The notes beneath the pieces were generated by a model. It was given only the letters and a program-made list of their open reading frames with translations. It made no database searches and had not been told where the DNA came from. Source: Trichormus sp. ATA11-4-KO1 (GTDB taxonomy: Bacteria; Cyanobacteriota; Cyanobacteriia; Cyanobacteriales; Nostocaceae). Taken from it: a stretch of DNA of 64,000 bases. The stretch lies in assembly GCA_019358915.1 (NCBI GenBank), contig JAHHIM010000012.1:66981-130980 (forward strand). The letters run 5' to 3'. A program made the translations under genes and the position numbers. The stretch's first letter is position 1. Each line of letters begins with the position of its first letter. Below are positions 21,886-32,965 of the stretch, one piece after another.

Positions 21886-23673
21886 ATGCGAACTCACTAT
21901 TGCGGCGAACTCCGAAAAAAAGATATTGGAGAAATTGTTACCTTGTACGGATGGGTAGACCGTCGCCGCGATCATGGGGGCGTGATATTTTTAGATTTAC
22001 GCGATCGCTCTGGCATTGTCCAAATTGTTAGCGATCCACAACGCACCCCAGATTCCTACGAGCAGGCGAATACCCTGCGTAATGAATACGTTGTCGTCAT
22101 CATCGGTAGGGTGACGCAACGTCCCGATGAATCTCTCAATCCCCGCATCCCCACGGGTGAGGTGGAAATCTACGCCGATAAAATTGAATTGCTCAACGGC
22201 GTTCGTAAACAATTGCCATTTCAAGTTTCCACGGCTGACACGGAAACTGTACGAGAAGACTTGCGGCTGAAGTATCGTTATTTGGATTTGCGACGAGAAC
22301 GCATGGCGCAAAATATGCAATTGCGTCATCAAGTCGTCAAAGCCATGCGTCGTTACTTGGAAGACATAGAAGGTTTCATTGAAATCGAAACCCCCATCCT
22401 TACCCGTTCCACTCCAGAAGGTGCGAGGGATTACATTTTACCCAGTCGTGTAAATGCTGGTGAGTGGTTTGCTCTACCGCAATCACCCCAGTTATTCAAA
22501 CAGATACTCATGGTATCGGGCATGGATCGATATTATCAAATTGCCCGTTGCTTCCGTGATGAAGATTTACGCGCCGACAGACAACCAGAATTTACTCAGT
22601 TGGACATGGAAATGAGCTTCATGTCCCAAGAAGAAATTATTGAACTGAATGAGAAGTTAGTTGCTCATATCTTCAAAACAGTAAAAGGTATTGAGTTAAA
22701 CTTGCCATTCCCCCGCCTTACTTACACCGAGGCGATGGAACGTTACGGTAGTGATAAACCAGATACCCGCTATAGTTTGGAATTAGTCAATGTTTCCGAT
22801 GTCTTGAAAGACTCTGGTTTTAAAGTTTTTCGAGATGCTGTTGCTCATGGTGGTATTGTCAAAATCCTGCCCATCCCCAACGGTAACGATGTCATTTCTA
22901 ATGTCCGCATTAAACCAGGTGGTGACTTATTCAAAGAAGCCAGCGAAGCCGGTGCTAAAGGTCTAGCTTATATCCGGGTAAGGGAAGATGGTGAAATTGA
23001 CACCATTGGCGCGATTAAAGACAATCTAACAGAAGCACAAAAACAGGAAATTTTACAACGTACAGGTGCAAAACCAGGTCATTTGCTATTATTTGGTGCT
23101 GGTGACACTGCTACAGTTAATAAAACTTTAGACAGATTGCGCCAAGTTGTGGCTAGAGAGTTTGGGTTAATTAATCCAGAAAAAATCAATTTGCTCTGGA
23201 TTACAGATTTCCCCATGTTTGAGTGGAATGCTAACGAAAAACGCCTAGAAGCACTGCACAACCCCTTTACTGCACCTCATCCTGAAGATGTGAGTGATTT
23301 AAAAACTGCACGCGCCCAAGCTTACGATTTGGTGTTAAATGGTTTGGAAGTTGGTGGCGGAAGTCTGCGGATTTATCAAGGGGATATTCAACAACAGGTG
23401 TTTGAAGCAATTGGTTTATCACCTGAAGAAGCACAGAATAAATTTGGCTTTCTCTTGGAGGCGTTTGAATATGGTACACCACCTCATGGTGGCATTGCCT
23501 ACGGTTTAGATCGTTTGGTAATGTTGCTAGCTGGCGAAGAATCCATTCGGGATGTGATTGCCTTTCCGAAGACACAGCAAGCTCGTTGTTTGTTGACGGA
23601 TGCGCCTTCAGGGGTAGATGTCAAGCAATTGAAAGAGTTGTATGTTGCTTCGACTTTTAAGCCAAAGTCTTAA
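21886..23673 (+). CDS. aspS: Aspartate-tRNA ligase
   Basis: [42 protein letters not shown]. Confidence 0.98.
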   Translation: MRTHYCGELRKKDIGEIVTLYGWVDRRRDHGGVIFLDLRDRSGIVQIVSDPQRTPDSYEQANTLRNEYVVVIIGRVTQRPDESLNPRIPTGEVEIYADKIELLNGVRKQLPFQVSTADTETVREDLRLKYRYLDLRRERMAQNMQLRHQVVKAMRRYLEDIEGFIEIETPILTRSTPEGARDYILPSRVNAGEWFALPQSPQLFKQILMVSGMDRYYQIARCFRDEDLRADRQPEFTQLDMEMSFMSQEEIIELNEKLVAHIFKTVKGIELNLPFPRLTYTEAMERYGSDKPDTRYSLELVNVSDVLKDSGFKVFRDAVAHGGIVKILPIPNGNDVISNVRIKPGGDLFKEASEAGAKGLAYIRVREDGEIDTIGAIKDNLTEAQKQEILQRTGAKPGHLLLFGAGDTATVNKTLDRLRQVVAREFGLINPEKINLLWITDFPMFEWNANEKRLEALHNPFTAPHPEDVSDLKTARAQAYDLVLNGLEVGGGSLRIYQGDIQQQVFEAIGLSPEEAQNKFGFLLEAFEYGTPPHGGIAYGLDRLVMLLAGEESIRDVIAFPKTQQARCLLTDAPSGVDVKQLKELYVASTFKPKS

Positions 23674-24372
23674 GCCACTCCCTCATAAACAAGCCTGCTT
23701 TTGCAGGCTTTGTTGCGTCCGTTATGACAGAGAAGCGATCGCTCTTTTCACTTCTTGCACCAAGCGACTGAAGTCGCGGCTACACGAACAAAACCCGCAC
23801 TTCGACAAGCTCAATAACCACCTGCGCGGATTCCAAATCCTTGATTTTACATTAAGATGCACTTAATGGTAGAAATTGAGATGAACTAGACATCTTAAAA
23901 AAATACCTCCATTATGTTAAATTGTTTAGTCTTATATTTTTTATAGCAATCTTATTCGGTTTTATTTTATTTAAGAAAAGTGGGAGGCTTTAGATCCCCG
24001 ACTTCTTAAATATTTTTATTATTTATATATATGGTAAATTTCCTATTTTACATAGTTATCTATCTGTCGATTCAAAGAATTATATCTAAAGGAATAAATC
24101 AAATTATTGAAGTAAGGGTTAAATTAATTAGCAAATATAACTTGAGATTAATTAACTTTTTAATTTGAGTATAAATACTCAAGTTTTGTTAGATAGAACT
24201 ATAATTTCAGAAAAATATTAAAATGTTTTACTAAGTTTTCGTATCTCATACTTAAATAGTACATCTCCTATAAGGATTAATTATTTTATAGTCAGTTTCA
24301 ATCGGCAGAAAGAAGGAATAATAGCACAAAATTTATAAAATCATAGGTGTAGAATTTTGGCAAAGACTAAGT

Positions 24373-25302
24373 ATGGCTCTTTATAAGCTAGAAGATTTCG
24401 CTGCTGAGTATAAAGACGCTGATTTTGATAACTATGAAATCAGAAATTTTGATGTCTATTCAGACATAGATAATGACAAGGTAGGCACAGTCAAACATAT
24501 TTTAGTGGATGATTCAGTCCGTTTTCGCTACCTAGTTGTTGATACAGGCTTTTGGATTTTTGGGAAGCAAGTATTGTTACCAATTGGGCGTTCTCGCATT
24601 AACTATGCTGACCGACGAGTGTATGCTACAGGATTTACTCGTGAGCAAGTAGAAAGCTTACCTGACTTCAATAACCTGGAACGAGTTGATTACGATTATG
24701 AAGAACGGGTGCGCAAAGTTTATCGTACACCATTTGCAGAATCATCCTTAGAAACTTCGACACCTGTGGAAACTACAGCACCTTTAGATACTCCCACAGC
24801 CTATAGAGAGGATACAGCAAGAGTAACTACACCCCCATCCAGAGAGACATATGATCGCGATAGCTATACTTACGAACGGGAACCAGATTTGTACGAAATG
24901 AGCGATCGCAATCATCAAAACCTCAAACTCTACGAAGAACGGTTAGTTGCTAATAAATCCCGTGTGAAAACAGGGGAGGTAGCTATTGGAAAACATGTTG
25001 AAACTGATAGAGCAGAAGTAGCAGTACCAGTGGAAAAAGAGCGAGTAGTTATTGAACGCACTACTCCCACAGATGCTGGACGCACAGCTTCTCCTGGTGA
25101 GGTAAACTTCCGTGAAGGTGAAGTTGCGCGGATGGATATTTACGAAGAAACGCCGGAGATTCGGAAGGAAGCTGTTGTACGCGAGGAAGTTAAAGTTAAG
25201 AAGGTTGTAGAAGAAGATACCATTGAGGCTCAAGAAACTCTCCGCCGTGAAGAATTAGATATTAGTAAGGATGATGAGCGATTAGAGGGAAGAAGGAGTT
25301 GA
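24373..25302 (+). CDS. PRC-barrel + DUF2382 (YsnF/AvaK-like) protein
   Basis: RYLVVDTGFWIFGKQVLLPIG (PRC barrel); LYEERL...GEVAIGKHVET...EEVKVKK (DUF2382). Confidence 0.88.
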   Translation: MALYKLEDFAAEYKDADFDNYEIRNFDVYSDIDNDKVGTVKHILVDDSVRFRYLVVDTGFWIFGKQVLLPIGRSRINYADRRVYATGFTREQVESLPDFNNLERVDYDYEERVRKVYRTPFAESSLETSTPVETTAPLDTPTAYREDTARVTTPPSRETYDRDSYTYEREPDLYEMSDRNHQNLKLYEERLVANKSRVKTGEVAIGKHVETDRAEVAVPVEKERVVIERTTPTDAGRTASPGEVNFREGEVARMDIYEETPEIRKEAVVREEVKVKKVVEEDTIEAQETLRREELDISKDDERLEGRRS

Positions 25303-25484
25303 GCAATTTTTATAGATTATCCTCTTGTTGAAATTGCCAATATCTTGGGGTTGTCAATTTACTTGATAACCCTTTATATTTTTACTCCATGAACAAAAAC
25401 ATCCCCAACTTTTATCCTCCGGGAAGCCACCCTACGACTGTCTACAAGAAGTCGGGGATATGAGCCTCTGTTGTTGGCAAAAAT

Positions 25485-25507
25485 AAAACCCGCTTTAGCG
25501 GGCTTTT
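25485..25507. terminator. Bidirectional intrinsic terminator
   Basis: aaaa-cccgct-tt-agcggg-ctttt between convergent genes. Confidence 0.65.
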
Positions 25508-25540
25508 ACACAACAAAACTATGAACAATAGATTTTTGAT

Positions 25541-25696
25541 TTAGCTGAAATATTTGATTTCCGCCTCTAGTTGGCTAATTAGCCTGTCGTCGCCCTTAGC
25601 TTTAGCTACTTGCAGGCGATGTTCCAGGCTTTTTTGAATATTCATTCTGTGATTTTCTTGCGCTTTACTAGCATTTTGTAGTCTATATTGGCTCAT
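25541..25696 (-). CDS. pirA: PirA-like PII-interacting regulator of arginine synthesis, 51 aa (not in the ORF track)
   Basis: MSQYRLQNASKAQENHRMNIQKSLEHRLQVAKAKGDDRLISQLEAEIKYFS; RBS gagggg-like (agagggt) upstream. The H-R-x-N-I...LEHRLQVA...G...L..QLE pattern matches PirA/Ssr0692 as I recall it. Confidence 0.8.
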   Translation of the reverse strand: MSQYRLQNASKAQENHRMNIQKSLEHRLQVAKAKGDDRLISQLEAEIKYFS

Positions 25697-25752
25697 AGTG
25701 ATTACCCTCTATAAGTTTCTTATGTCTTGTATTGTTAACATAGCATAAAGTT

Positions 25753-25768
25753 TGTAGCTGTCGATACA
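25753..25768 (-). promoter_or_regulatory. NtcA binding site in a repressing position over the pirA promoter
   Basis: TGTA-gctgtcga-TACA (perfect GTA-N8-TAC), 11 nt upstream of an extended -10 TGcTATGTT on the minus strand (25737-25745). Confidence 0.8.
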
Positions 25769-25804
25769 GAAAATTATGTCTTAATATATTTTTACTATCA
25801 AACT

Positions 25805-26608
25805 ATGTCTGAGAACCAGATAAGTCAATCACTTCTGGTATTACTGAGCGATTTCGGCGATCGCGATGTCTATGTGGGTGTGATGAAAGGTGTTATTGCC
25901 CAAATCAATCCCCTGTTAAGGGTGATAGACTTGACGCACCAGATTCCACCGCAAAACATCACCGCAGCTAGGTTTTGCTTGATGAATGCTTATCCCTATT
26001 TCCCGGATGGTACAGTGTATGTAGCGGTGGTAGACCCGGGCGTAGGAAGTAGGCGACGGGCGATCGCAGTAGAATTTGCTCAAGGGTTTTTGGTAGGTCC
26101 AGATAATGGTATATTTAGTGGTGTACTCAGTCAAACTCCAGCAATTACAGCCGTTGAACTGACAAATCCCAATTATTGGCGAACTCCTGAACCCAGTAAA
26201 ACTTTTCACGGTAGAGATATATTTGCACCAGTGGGAGCTAATCTGGCTAACGGTGTTCCCCTCAAACAGCTAGGACAGGAAATTGATCCAGGCACTTTGG
26301 TACAGCTAGATATAGGTGACTGTCAACAAATAAATACTGGTGTAACAGGTTGTATTCAATATATTGATTACTTTGGCAATTTAGTGAGCAACATTCCTGG
26401 AAGATATGTGCAAGGAAAAACTTGGTGTGTGCAAGCTGCTGGATTAACCATACCAGGATGTGAAACCTACAGTGATGTAGCAGTGGGAGAGATAGCCGCT
26501 TTAGTGGGGAGTCATGGCTGGGTGGAAATTGCCATCAATAGTGGTAATGCACATTTACAGTTACAGATAAATTTGCAAGATAGTTTACAAATCTTATTTA
26601 TGGAGTAG
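25805..26608 (+). CDS. DUF62 SAM hydrolase (SAM-dependent halogenase superfamily)
   Basis: LSDFG, VVDPGVGSRRR, TFHGRDIFAP, IDYFGN, EIAINSG. Confidence 0.88.
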   Translation: MSENQISQSLLVLLSDFGDRDVYVGVMKGVIAQINPLLRVIDLTHQIPPQNITAARFCLMNAYPYFPDGTVYVAVVDPGVGSRRRAIAVEFAQGFLVGPDNGIFSGVLSQTPAITAVELTNPNYWRTPEPSKTFHGRDIFAPVGANLANGVPLKQLGQEIDPGTLVQLDIGDCQQINTGVTGCIQYIDYFGNLVSNIPGRYVQGKTWCVQAAGLTIPGCETYSDVAVGEIAALVGSHGWVEIAINSGNAHLQLQINLQDSLQILFME

Positions 26609-26782
26609 GGACTAATATTTTTACTCAGCACTCAGCACTGAGAAAGGCACTTTCAAGCTAGTCTGGAAGAGAAGATGAGGCTAGCGACATCAAGTTGATT
26701 CAATTGCTGATAATAGTAAGAGTAAGCTGTCAGCATATTTTTGTGGCATTTTACTAAGTAATCCCAACTAGAGTTTTTTCAT

Positions 26783-27439
26783 ATGACTACACAAACACTA
26801 TCTCCACCAGAAGTTTATCAAGGTCAGTTTGGTGAGTTTACAATAACTCAGAGCGATCGCACTGGTGTGATTATCTACCGTGCTGGCTTAATGGTAGCTG
26901 CACTCAGCTTTGCTATTGGCAGCGCTTTGGTTTTGTTTAACAATAATCCCACTACTATCGCTGCACTAACGCCTTTATACGCTTGTTTTAGCCTAGCTCT
27001 CGGTATCAGCTTATTAACCATTCACATCTACATGGCACTACTGCACCGACTATTGCAAGTGTTTTGGGTAATTGGCAGTATAGCAGCAGTAGGACTGGCA
27101 TTGTCTAGTAGTGAACCTTTGGCGATCGCTGTTTACAACCAACCTTTAACATTATTTGGAGTAGGTTTTACCTTTGTGGCATTAACAGGGATTTATTTTA
27201 AAGAAGCTTTTTGTTTTAATCGTCTAGAAACTAAGGTGTTAACTTTAACAGTACCTTTACTTTTATTAGGGCATTTAGTAGGAATCTTGCCAACTCAATG
27301 GGAACAAATTCTATTAGGAAGTTGGGCAATTTTGTTTCTAATATTTGCTTTGCGTAAGACAGTACAAGCAATTCCTCAAGATATCGGCGATAAATCTGTA
27401 TTTGCTTATTTGCAAAACCAAAAATCAACTAAGGCTTAA
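26783..27439 (+). CDS. DUF2301-type integral membrane protein
   Basis: YQGQFGEFTI, IHIY, KEAFCF, DIGDKSVF; multi-TM. Confidence 0.8.
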   Translation: MTTQTLSPPEVYQGQFGEFTITQSDRTGVIIYRAGLMVAALSFAIGSALVLFNNNPTTIAALTPLYACFSLALGISLLTIHIYMALLHRLLQVFWVIGSIAAVGLALSSSEPLAIAVYNQPLTLFGVGFTFVALTGIYFKEAFCFNRLETKVLTLTVPLLLLGHLVGILPTQWEQILLGSWAILFLIFALRKTVQAIPQDIGDKSVFAYLQNQKSTKA

Positions 27440-28128
27440 TGCGAAAAAAAAATCGCCAAAATCCAAAACTCCCCAAGATTAGGCTCATAAAACGCCAAGA
27501 AATGTGGATACTTACGGCTCAGGGATGGGTAATATTTCTCGCAATCATGGCAGCGATCATGTTTTTTAGCATCACTCATTTATACCCATTTCTCGCCGTA
27601 ACTTCCCGCATCAAAGCAGCAGATGCATTGGTGGTTGAGGGATGGATATCAGACTACGCGATCGCCCAAGCATTTGCTGAATTTAAAAGCGGCTCTTATA
27701 AATCTATATTCACTCTAGGAAGTTCAGTAGAACAAGGATCATATCTAGTTGAATATCAAAACTTTGCCGAAATTGCCGCAGCTACATTAAACAAGATGGG
27801 TGTGCCGCAAGATAAGCTAGTAACTATTCCCACTCCTGACGTGATTAAGGATCGGACTAATGCATCTGCTGTGGCATTGCTTCAGAAAATATCAGATGCC
27901 AATTTACCGATAAAATCAATAAATTTGGTGACTAGTGATGCTCACGCTCATAGAAGCTGGCTCATATTTAAAAATGTACTTGCTCCTAAAATTCAAGTAG
28001 GGATCATTGCGGCTGAACCATCAAATTATGACCCTAATAACTGGTGGAATTCTAGTGAAGGAGTGCGAACAATTATATCTGAAACTATTGCTTATGTTTA
28101 TGCCCTGCTTTGCACTTGGAAAACTTAA
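27439..28128 (+). CDS. YdcF/ElyC (DUF218) family protein
   Basis: N-terminal TM, LVVEGW, DRT..SA, LVTSDAHAHRS; overlaps the upstream stop (TAATG). Confidence 0.75.
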   Translation: MRKKNRQNPKLPKIRLIKRQEMWILTAQGWVIFLAIMAAIMFFSITHLYPFLAVTSRIKAADALVVEGWISDYAIAQAFAEFKSGSYKSIFTLGSSVEQGSYLVEYQNFAEIAAATLNKMGVPQDKLVTIPTPDVIKDRTNASAVALLQKISDANLPIKSINLVTSDAHAHRSWLIFKNVLAPKIQVGIIAAEPSNYDPNNWWNSSEGVRTIISETIAYVYALLCTWKT

Positions 28129-28405
28129 ACTGGATTTTAGCTGTTATGTTATATAATTACTAAAGAAGATTGCAGCAATATATTTTTACTACTCAGCCGT
28201 GAGCCACTGTCGCCCTACCAAAATTTATTTAAATAACCTGAGAATTGGCAATCAGTGCCCACCGTAGGATAGCTCTATGAATATGGGTGTCTGGCATGAT
28301 AGTGCAGTTTTATCGATGCTAGACAGACTCCCTCTACATAAATGAGTTCCAACTTTGACAGTCAAAGTTGACCAAAAATAGAGCAATTATCCAAATTTTA
28401 GGCTT

Positions 28406-30031
28406 ATGCAGACACAATTACAACCGGCGATTGCCCAAGCAGAAATAGATCGTCGTCGTAACTTTGCCATCATTTCTCACCCAGACGCAGGTAAAACTAC
28501 ACTCACTGAAAAATTGCTCCTCTACGGTGGAGCCATCCAAGAAGCAGGATCGGTGAAAGCTCGTCGCGCTCAACGTCACGCCACCTCAGACTGGATGGCA
28601 ATGGAACAGCAAAGAGGAATTTCTATCACCTCTACAGTGTTGCAGTTCGAGTATCAAGACTGTCTGGTTAACTTACTGGATACACCTGGACACCAAGACT
28701 TCAGTGAAGATACTTACAGAACACTAGCAGCTGCGGATAACGCCGTAATGTTGATTGATGCTGCGAAAGGATTGGAAACCCAAACCCGCAAGTTATTTGA
28801 AGTTTGCCGATTGCGTTGTTTGCCGATTTTCACCTTTATCAACAAGTTAGACCGTCCCAGCATGTCGCCTTTGGAACTCATTGATGAGATTGAGCAAGAA
28901 TTGGGACTGTCAACTTACGCCATCAACTGGCCTATCGGTACAGGAGACCAGTTCCGGGGTGTTTTTGACCGTCATCATCAGCGAATTCATTTATTCCAGA
29001 AGACGGCGGCTCATGGTAGCAAAAAAGCCGCAGATACAATCATTTCTATGGGTGATCCGAGAATTGAATCGCTTTTAGAAGCAGAGTTGTACCATCAACT
29101 GAAAGAAGACTTAGAAATTCTCGATGGGTTGGGGCCAACCTTAGACCTAGAAGCAGTACATCAAGGTAAAATGACCCCGGTTTTCTTTGGCAGTGCCATG
29201 AACAACTTTGGTGTGGAGTTATTCTTGGAATCATTTTTAAAATATGCCCTCAAACCAACTCCCCATGAAAGTAATAAGGGCAAAATTCCCCCAACTTATC
29301 CAGAGTTTACTGGGTTCGTCTTCAAGTTGCAAGCCAACATGGACCCAAAACACCGCGATCGCATTGCTTTTTTAAGGGTCTGCTCTGGTAAGTTTGAAAA
29401 AGATATGGTAGTTAACCATGCTCGTACAGGCAAAACCGTCCGCCTATCCCATCCCCAAAAATTGTTTGCCCAAGAACGAGACACTGTAGAAGTCGCCTAT
29501 GCAGGGGATGTAGTGGGATTAAATAATCCAGGGACATTTGCCATTGGAGATACGGTGTACATAGGCGAAAAGCTGGTGTATCCCAGTATTCCCTCTTTCT
29601 CCCCGGAGTTATTTGCTTACCTAAAAAATGCCGACCCCACCAAATATAAAAACTTCAACAAAGGGGTATCAGAACTCCAAGAAGAGGGCGCAGTACAAAT
29701 TTTACAATCCACAGATGAAAGCAAGCGCAACCCGATTTTAGCTGCTGTCGGTCAACTGCAATTTGAAGTTGTGCAGTTTCGTCTGATTAATGAATACGGA
29801 GTAGAAACTTACCTAGAGACTCTACCTTATTCAGTGGCGAGATGGGTGACGGGAGGCTGGGCTGTTCTGGAAAAAGCCGGTCGTTTATTTAACACCTTTG
29901 TAGTTAAAGATCGTTGGGAACGTCCAGTATTACTGTTCAAAAACCAGTGGAACTTAGAACAAATCGTGGGAGAACATCCAGAGTTGGAGTTAAGTCCCAT
30001 TGCACTACCACCTACAAGTGAAAACTTGTAA
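28406..30031 (+). CDS. prfC: Peptide chain release factor 3
   Basis: [53 protein letters not shown]. Confidence 0.97.
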   Translation: MQTQLQPAIAQAEIDRRRNFAIISHPDAGKTTLTEKLLLYGGAIQEAGSVKARRAQRHATSDWMAMEQQRGISITSTVLQFEYQDCLVNLLDTPGHQDFSEDTYRTLAAADNAVMLIDAAKGLETQTRKLFEVCRLRCLPIFTFINKLDRPSMSPLELIDEIEQELGLSTYAINWPIGTGDQFRGVFDRHHQRIHLFQKTAAHGSKKAADTIISMGDPRIESLLEAELYHQLKEDLEILDGLGPTLDLEAVHQGKMTPVFFGSAMNNFGVELFLESFLKYALKPTPHESNKGKIPPTYPEFTGFVFKLQANMDPKHRDRIAFLRVCSGKFEKDMVVNHARTGKTVRLSHPQKLFAQERDTVEVAYAGDVVGLNNPGTFAIGDTVYIGEKLVYPSIPSFSPELFAYLKNADPTKYKNFNKGVSELQEEGAVQILQSTDESKRNPILAAVGQLQFEVVQFRLINEYGVETYLETLPYSVARWVTGGWAVLEKAGRLFNTFVVKDRWERPVLLFKNQWNLEQIVGEHPELELSPIALPPTSENL

Positions 30032-30099
30032 TTCTTTACCTGGAACTGACACGCGATCGCCTTTTTTAACTTAGTTAAACCCTAATCTCTCACAAATTT

Positions 30100-31383
30100 A
30101 TGACATACTACATTGCTCCTCGCTTTCTGCATAAGCTGTCAGTTCACATTACTAAAAATTTTTTGGATCTACCTGGAGTCCGTTTACCTCTAATTCTAGG
30201 GATTCACGGCCATAAAGGCGAAGGCAAATCATTTCAATGTGAACTAGTATTCAAACTCATGGGAGTCGAAGCAGTTCATATGTCTGCTGGCGAACTAGAA
30301 AGTCCCGATGCTGGAGATCCAGCCCGCCTGATTCGCCTGCGCTATCGAGAAGCAGCAGATTTAATTCGCACCCACGGCAAGATGGCGGTGTTAATGATTA
30401 ACGACTTGGATGCTGGTGCTGGACGGGTAGATGGAGCTACTCAGTATACAGTCAATACTCAATTAGTCAACGCTACCTTGATGAACATTGCCGATAACCC
30501 AACCAATGTACAGCTACCCGGTAGTTATGACAGTGAACCCTTACCCCGTGTACCCATTATTGTGACGGGAAATGATTTTGGTACTTTATATGCCCCACTT
30601 GTAAGAGATGGGCGGATGGATAAATTCTATTGGCAGCCAACTCGGGAAGACAAAATCGGCATTGTCAATGGCATTTTTGAGCCGGATGGGCTATCGAAGG
30701 CTCAGATTGAGCAATTGGTAGATCGGTTTGCTGGACAGTCAGTTGACTTTTTTGGGGCGTTGCGATCGCAAATTTACGATGAACAAATTCTCTCCTTCAT
30801 CCAAAAAGTTGGGTTTAATCGTGTAGGTTCCCAGGTAGTCAACAGCAAAGAAAAGCCTACCTTCCAAAAACCAGATTTCAGCCTGTCGCATTTGATTACA
30901 CAGGGAGATTTGATGGTGAAGGAACAGCAGCAGTTGGCAGAAATGCGACTAGCATCTAAGTATAATCGCGCCATTTCCGACTCAGAAATGACCAGAATTG
31001 AGAAATCGGCTCCTGCACCCACTATTTCCCCTACATCTGGAAACGGTTCTATCCCACGTGAGGAGATTCAAAAGAGTGAAACCCCTCAAGAAGCTAATGG
31101 TAAAACAGCAGAGACAAACCTCAGCGAAGAAGTGCTTCAGCAAGTAAGAGGGATGTTAGTTCAAGGCTACCGCATAGGTTTAGAACACGTAGATGAGCGT
31201 CGTTTCCGTACAGGTTCCTGGGCTAGCTGTGCGACAGTCAAGACTCAAGATGAAAATGAGGCGATCGCTGCTTTAGAAAATTGTTTGTCTGAACACAATA
31301 ATGAATATGTCCGTTTATTCGGAATTGATCCGGACGCTAAATGCCGAGTTTTAGAAACCATCATTCAACGACCAGGAAGTTAA
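30100..31383 (+). CDS. rca: Rubisco activase-like AAA+ protein (cyanobacterial Rca/ALC) with C-terminal RbcS-like (SSUL) domain
   Basis: GIHGHKGEGKS Walker A, INDLDAG, LYAPLVRDGRM; C-terminal GYRIGLEHVDERRFRTGSW...EYVRLFGID. Confidence 0.9.
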   Translation: MTYYIAPRFLHKLSVHITKNFLDLPGVRLPLILGIHGHKGEGKSFQCELVFKLMGVEAVHMSAGELESPDAGDPARLIRLRYREAADLIRTHGKMAVLMINDLDAGAGRVDGATQYTVNTQLVNATLMNIADNPTNVQLPGSYDSEPLPRVPIIVTGNDFGTLYAPLVRDGRMDKFYWQPTREDKIGIVNGIFEPDGLSKAQIEQLVDRFAGQSVDFFGALRSQIYDEQILSFIQKVGFNRVGSQVVNSKEKPTFQKPDFSLSHLITQGDLMVKEQQQLAEMRLASKYNRAISDSEMTRIEKSAPAPTISPTSGNGSIPREEIQKSETPQEANGKTAETNLSEEVLQQVRGMLVQGYRIGLEHVDERRFRTGSWASCATVKTQDENEAIAALENCLSEHNNEYVRLFGIDPDAKCRVLETIIQRPGS

Positions 31384-31474
31384 TAATAGCCCTCTTTACT
31401 CTGGATCTCTGTGGTTAAATAAATTCGCTTTTAAACCACAGAGATGAGAAAAAAATCAAAAATATTTTGACGCT

Positions 31475-32749
31475 TTAGACAGTTGAATCAATGCGCCTAG
31501 TTAACTCCACCCAAAGTGAAGTAAAGGCGATCGCTAAAGGTAAAGTCATAGAAAATCCCAAAATCGGTGCATAACTACCAAATCGCTCAAACCCAGTTGC
31601 AAATAACACCGGGCCAAAAGCCGTACCAGCAACAGAGATAGTCGTTGCTAATCCACTAATTGCCCCCAGATGCGATCGTCCAAAGTAATAGGCGTAAACC
31701 CCAGCTTGAATAACGGAACTCATCCCCTGCATTAAACCCAGTAAACAACCGTATGCAAGCATAGACTCAGCACCTGTAACTCGTACAGACATAAACAAGG
31801 CAGCACTAAGAAGCATTAGCATCGCACTCAAAAGCAAGCGGGGTGAAACCCGATCCATGAGTATCCCTGTGACAAAATTAGCAGAAGCTGTAACAAAGCC
31901 AAAAGGGATAAAGACAACGGCGGCGATGGCACGTTCAAGCCCTGCCGTTGCCATAATTGAGTAGTGATGAAAAATTAACCCCGTTCCCAAAGCCGCTACA
32001 CAAAAACTTCCCGCCGCAAACAACCAAAAGGTGAAAGTGCGGCGTGCTGCGGCTAGTGTGTAATTGACTTCTTCAGGTAGTTGATTTTGCGTGCTGATAA
32101 CTTTGCCATCTGGTTGTAAACCATAGCGTTCTGGTTGTTCGCGGTAAATAGCAGCACCGATGGGGAGGATTGTCACTGCAACGACTCCACCGAGAATCAT
32201 GTAAGCTAGTCGCCAACCAAACTGAGCAATCAAAAACTCAATCAGTAGCGGAAAAATTGCCACTCCCAGAGCGAAGCCAATTCCCGATAAGCTAATAGCC
32301 AAACCGCGACGACGGACAAACCAAAGATTGATTACATTGATACTAACTAACCCTAGCGCCCCTTGTCCTAAGCCGCGAATAGCGATAAAACCCAATCCTA
32401 AAGTGAATAAACCTTGGACAAATCCCATCCCCACGCAAGCCAGGGCAAAGAAAAATGCGATCGCAATGACTCCGTAGCGTGGCCCTTTGCGGTCAATTAA
32501 GCGGCCAATAAATGGTAAAGAAAAAGAACCTCCCAATGTCCCCACCATATAAAGTAAGGCAACTGCTGAACGGGAAATATTCAGTTCATTGATAATTTTA
32601 TCCAGGAATACAGAAACCCCCACGGTTTGACCAGGGGTTGTCATTAGCATTCCGATAGTGCCAGCCATCAGAACCACCCAACCATAGTAAATAGGAGAAG
32701 CAGCAATCAGACGACTGTGCTTAACTGGTCTACTTTCATCAATACTCAC
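31475..32749 (-). CDS. MFS transporter
   Basis: About 12 TM helices; motif A GRLIDRKGPR. Confidence 0.9.
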   Translation of the reverse strand: MSIDESRPVKHSRLIAASPIYYGWVVLMAGTIGMLMTTPGQTVGVSVFLDKIINELNISRSAVALLYMVGTLGGSFSLPFIGRLIDRKGPRYGVIAIAFFFALACVGMGFVQGLFTLGLGFIAIRGLGQGALGLVSINVINLWFVRRRGLAISLSGIGFALGVAIFPLLIEFLIAQFGWRLAYMILGGVVAVTILPIGAAIYREQPERYGLQPDGKVISTQNQLPEEVNYTLAAARRTFTFWLFAAGSFCVAALGTGLIFHHYSIMATAGLERAIAAVVFIPFGFVTASANFVTGILMDRVSPRLLLSAMLMLLSAALFMSVRVTGAESMLAYGCLLGLMQGMSSVIQAGVYAYYFGRSHLGAISGLATTISVAGTAFGPVLFATGFERFGSYAPILGFSMTLPLAIAFTSLWVELTRRIDSTV

Positions 32750-32965
32750 AAATTTATAACCCTGGATGAGAACCCTTACTAGGTTATCTTCCTTAAATCT
32801 TGTACATGCTCAAACTTCCACCAAGAAATTTATTTCTTAGCTAATAGCCACTGAGATGCTGCCAATGGTGCAACTAAGTAGATATCACTAACATTTACCG
32901 AAAATCGGAATATTACCTAGTGAAAGTGTATACAATCTCAGTAAGAACCTCATACTGACGCGATT

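Noticed and set aside
23251..23275. AspRS HNPF in place of HHPF as a sign of inactivation
   Set aside because: Single substitution in an otherwise intact essential gene; HNPF occurs in other AspRS lineages as I recall.
25805..26608. Fluorinase/chlorinase
   Set aside because: It keeps the Asp-Arg-His pattern (VVDPGVG..RR, TFHGRD) of DUF62 SAM hydrolases, and there is no halometabolite cluster nearby.
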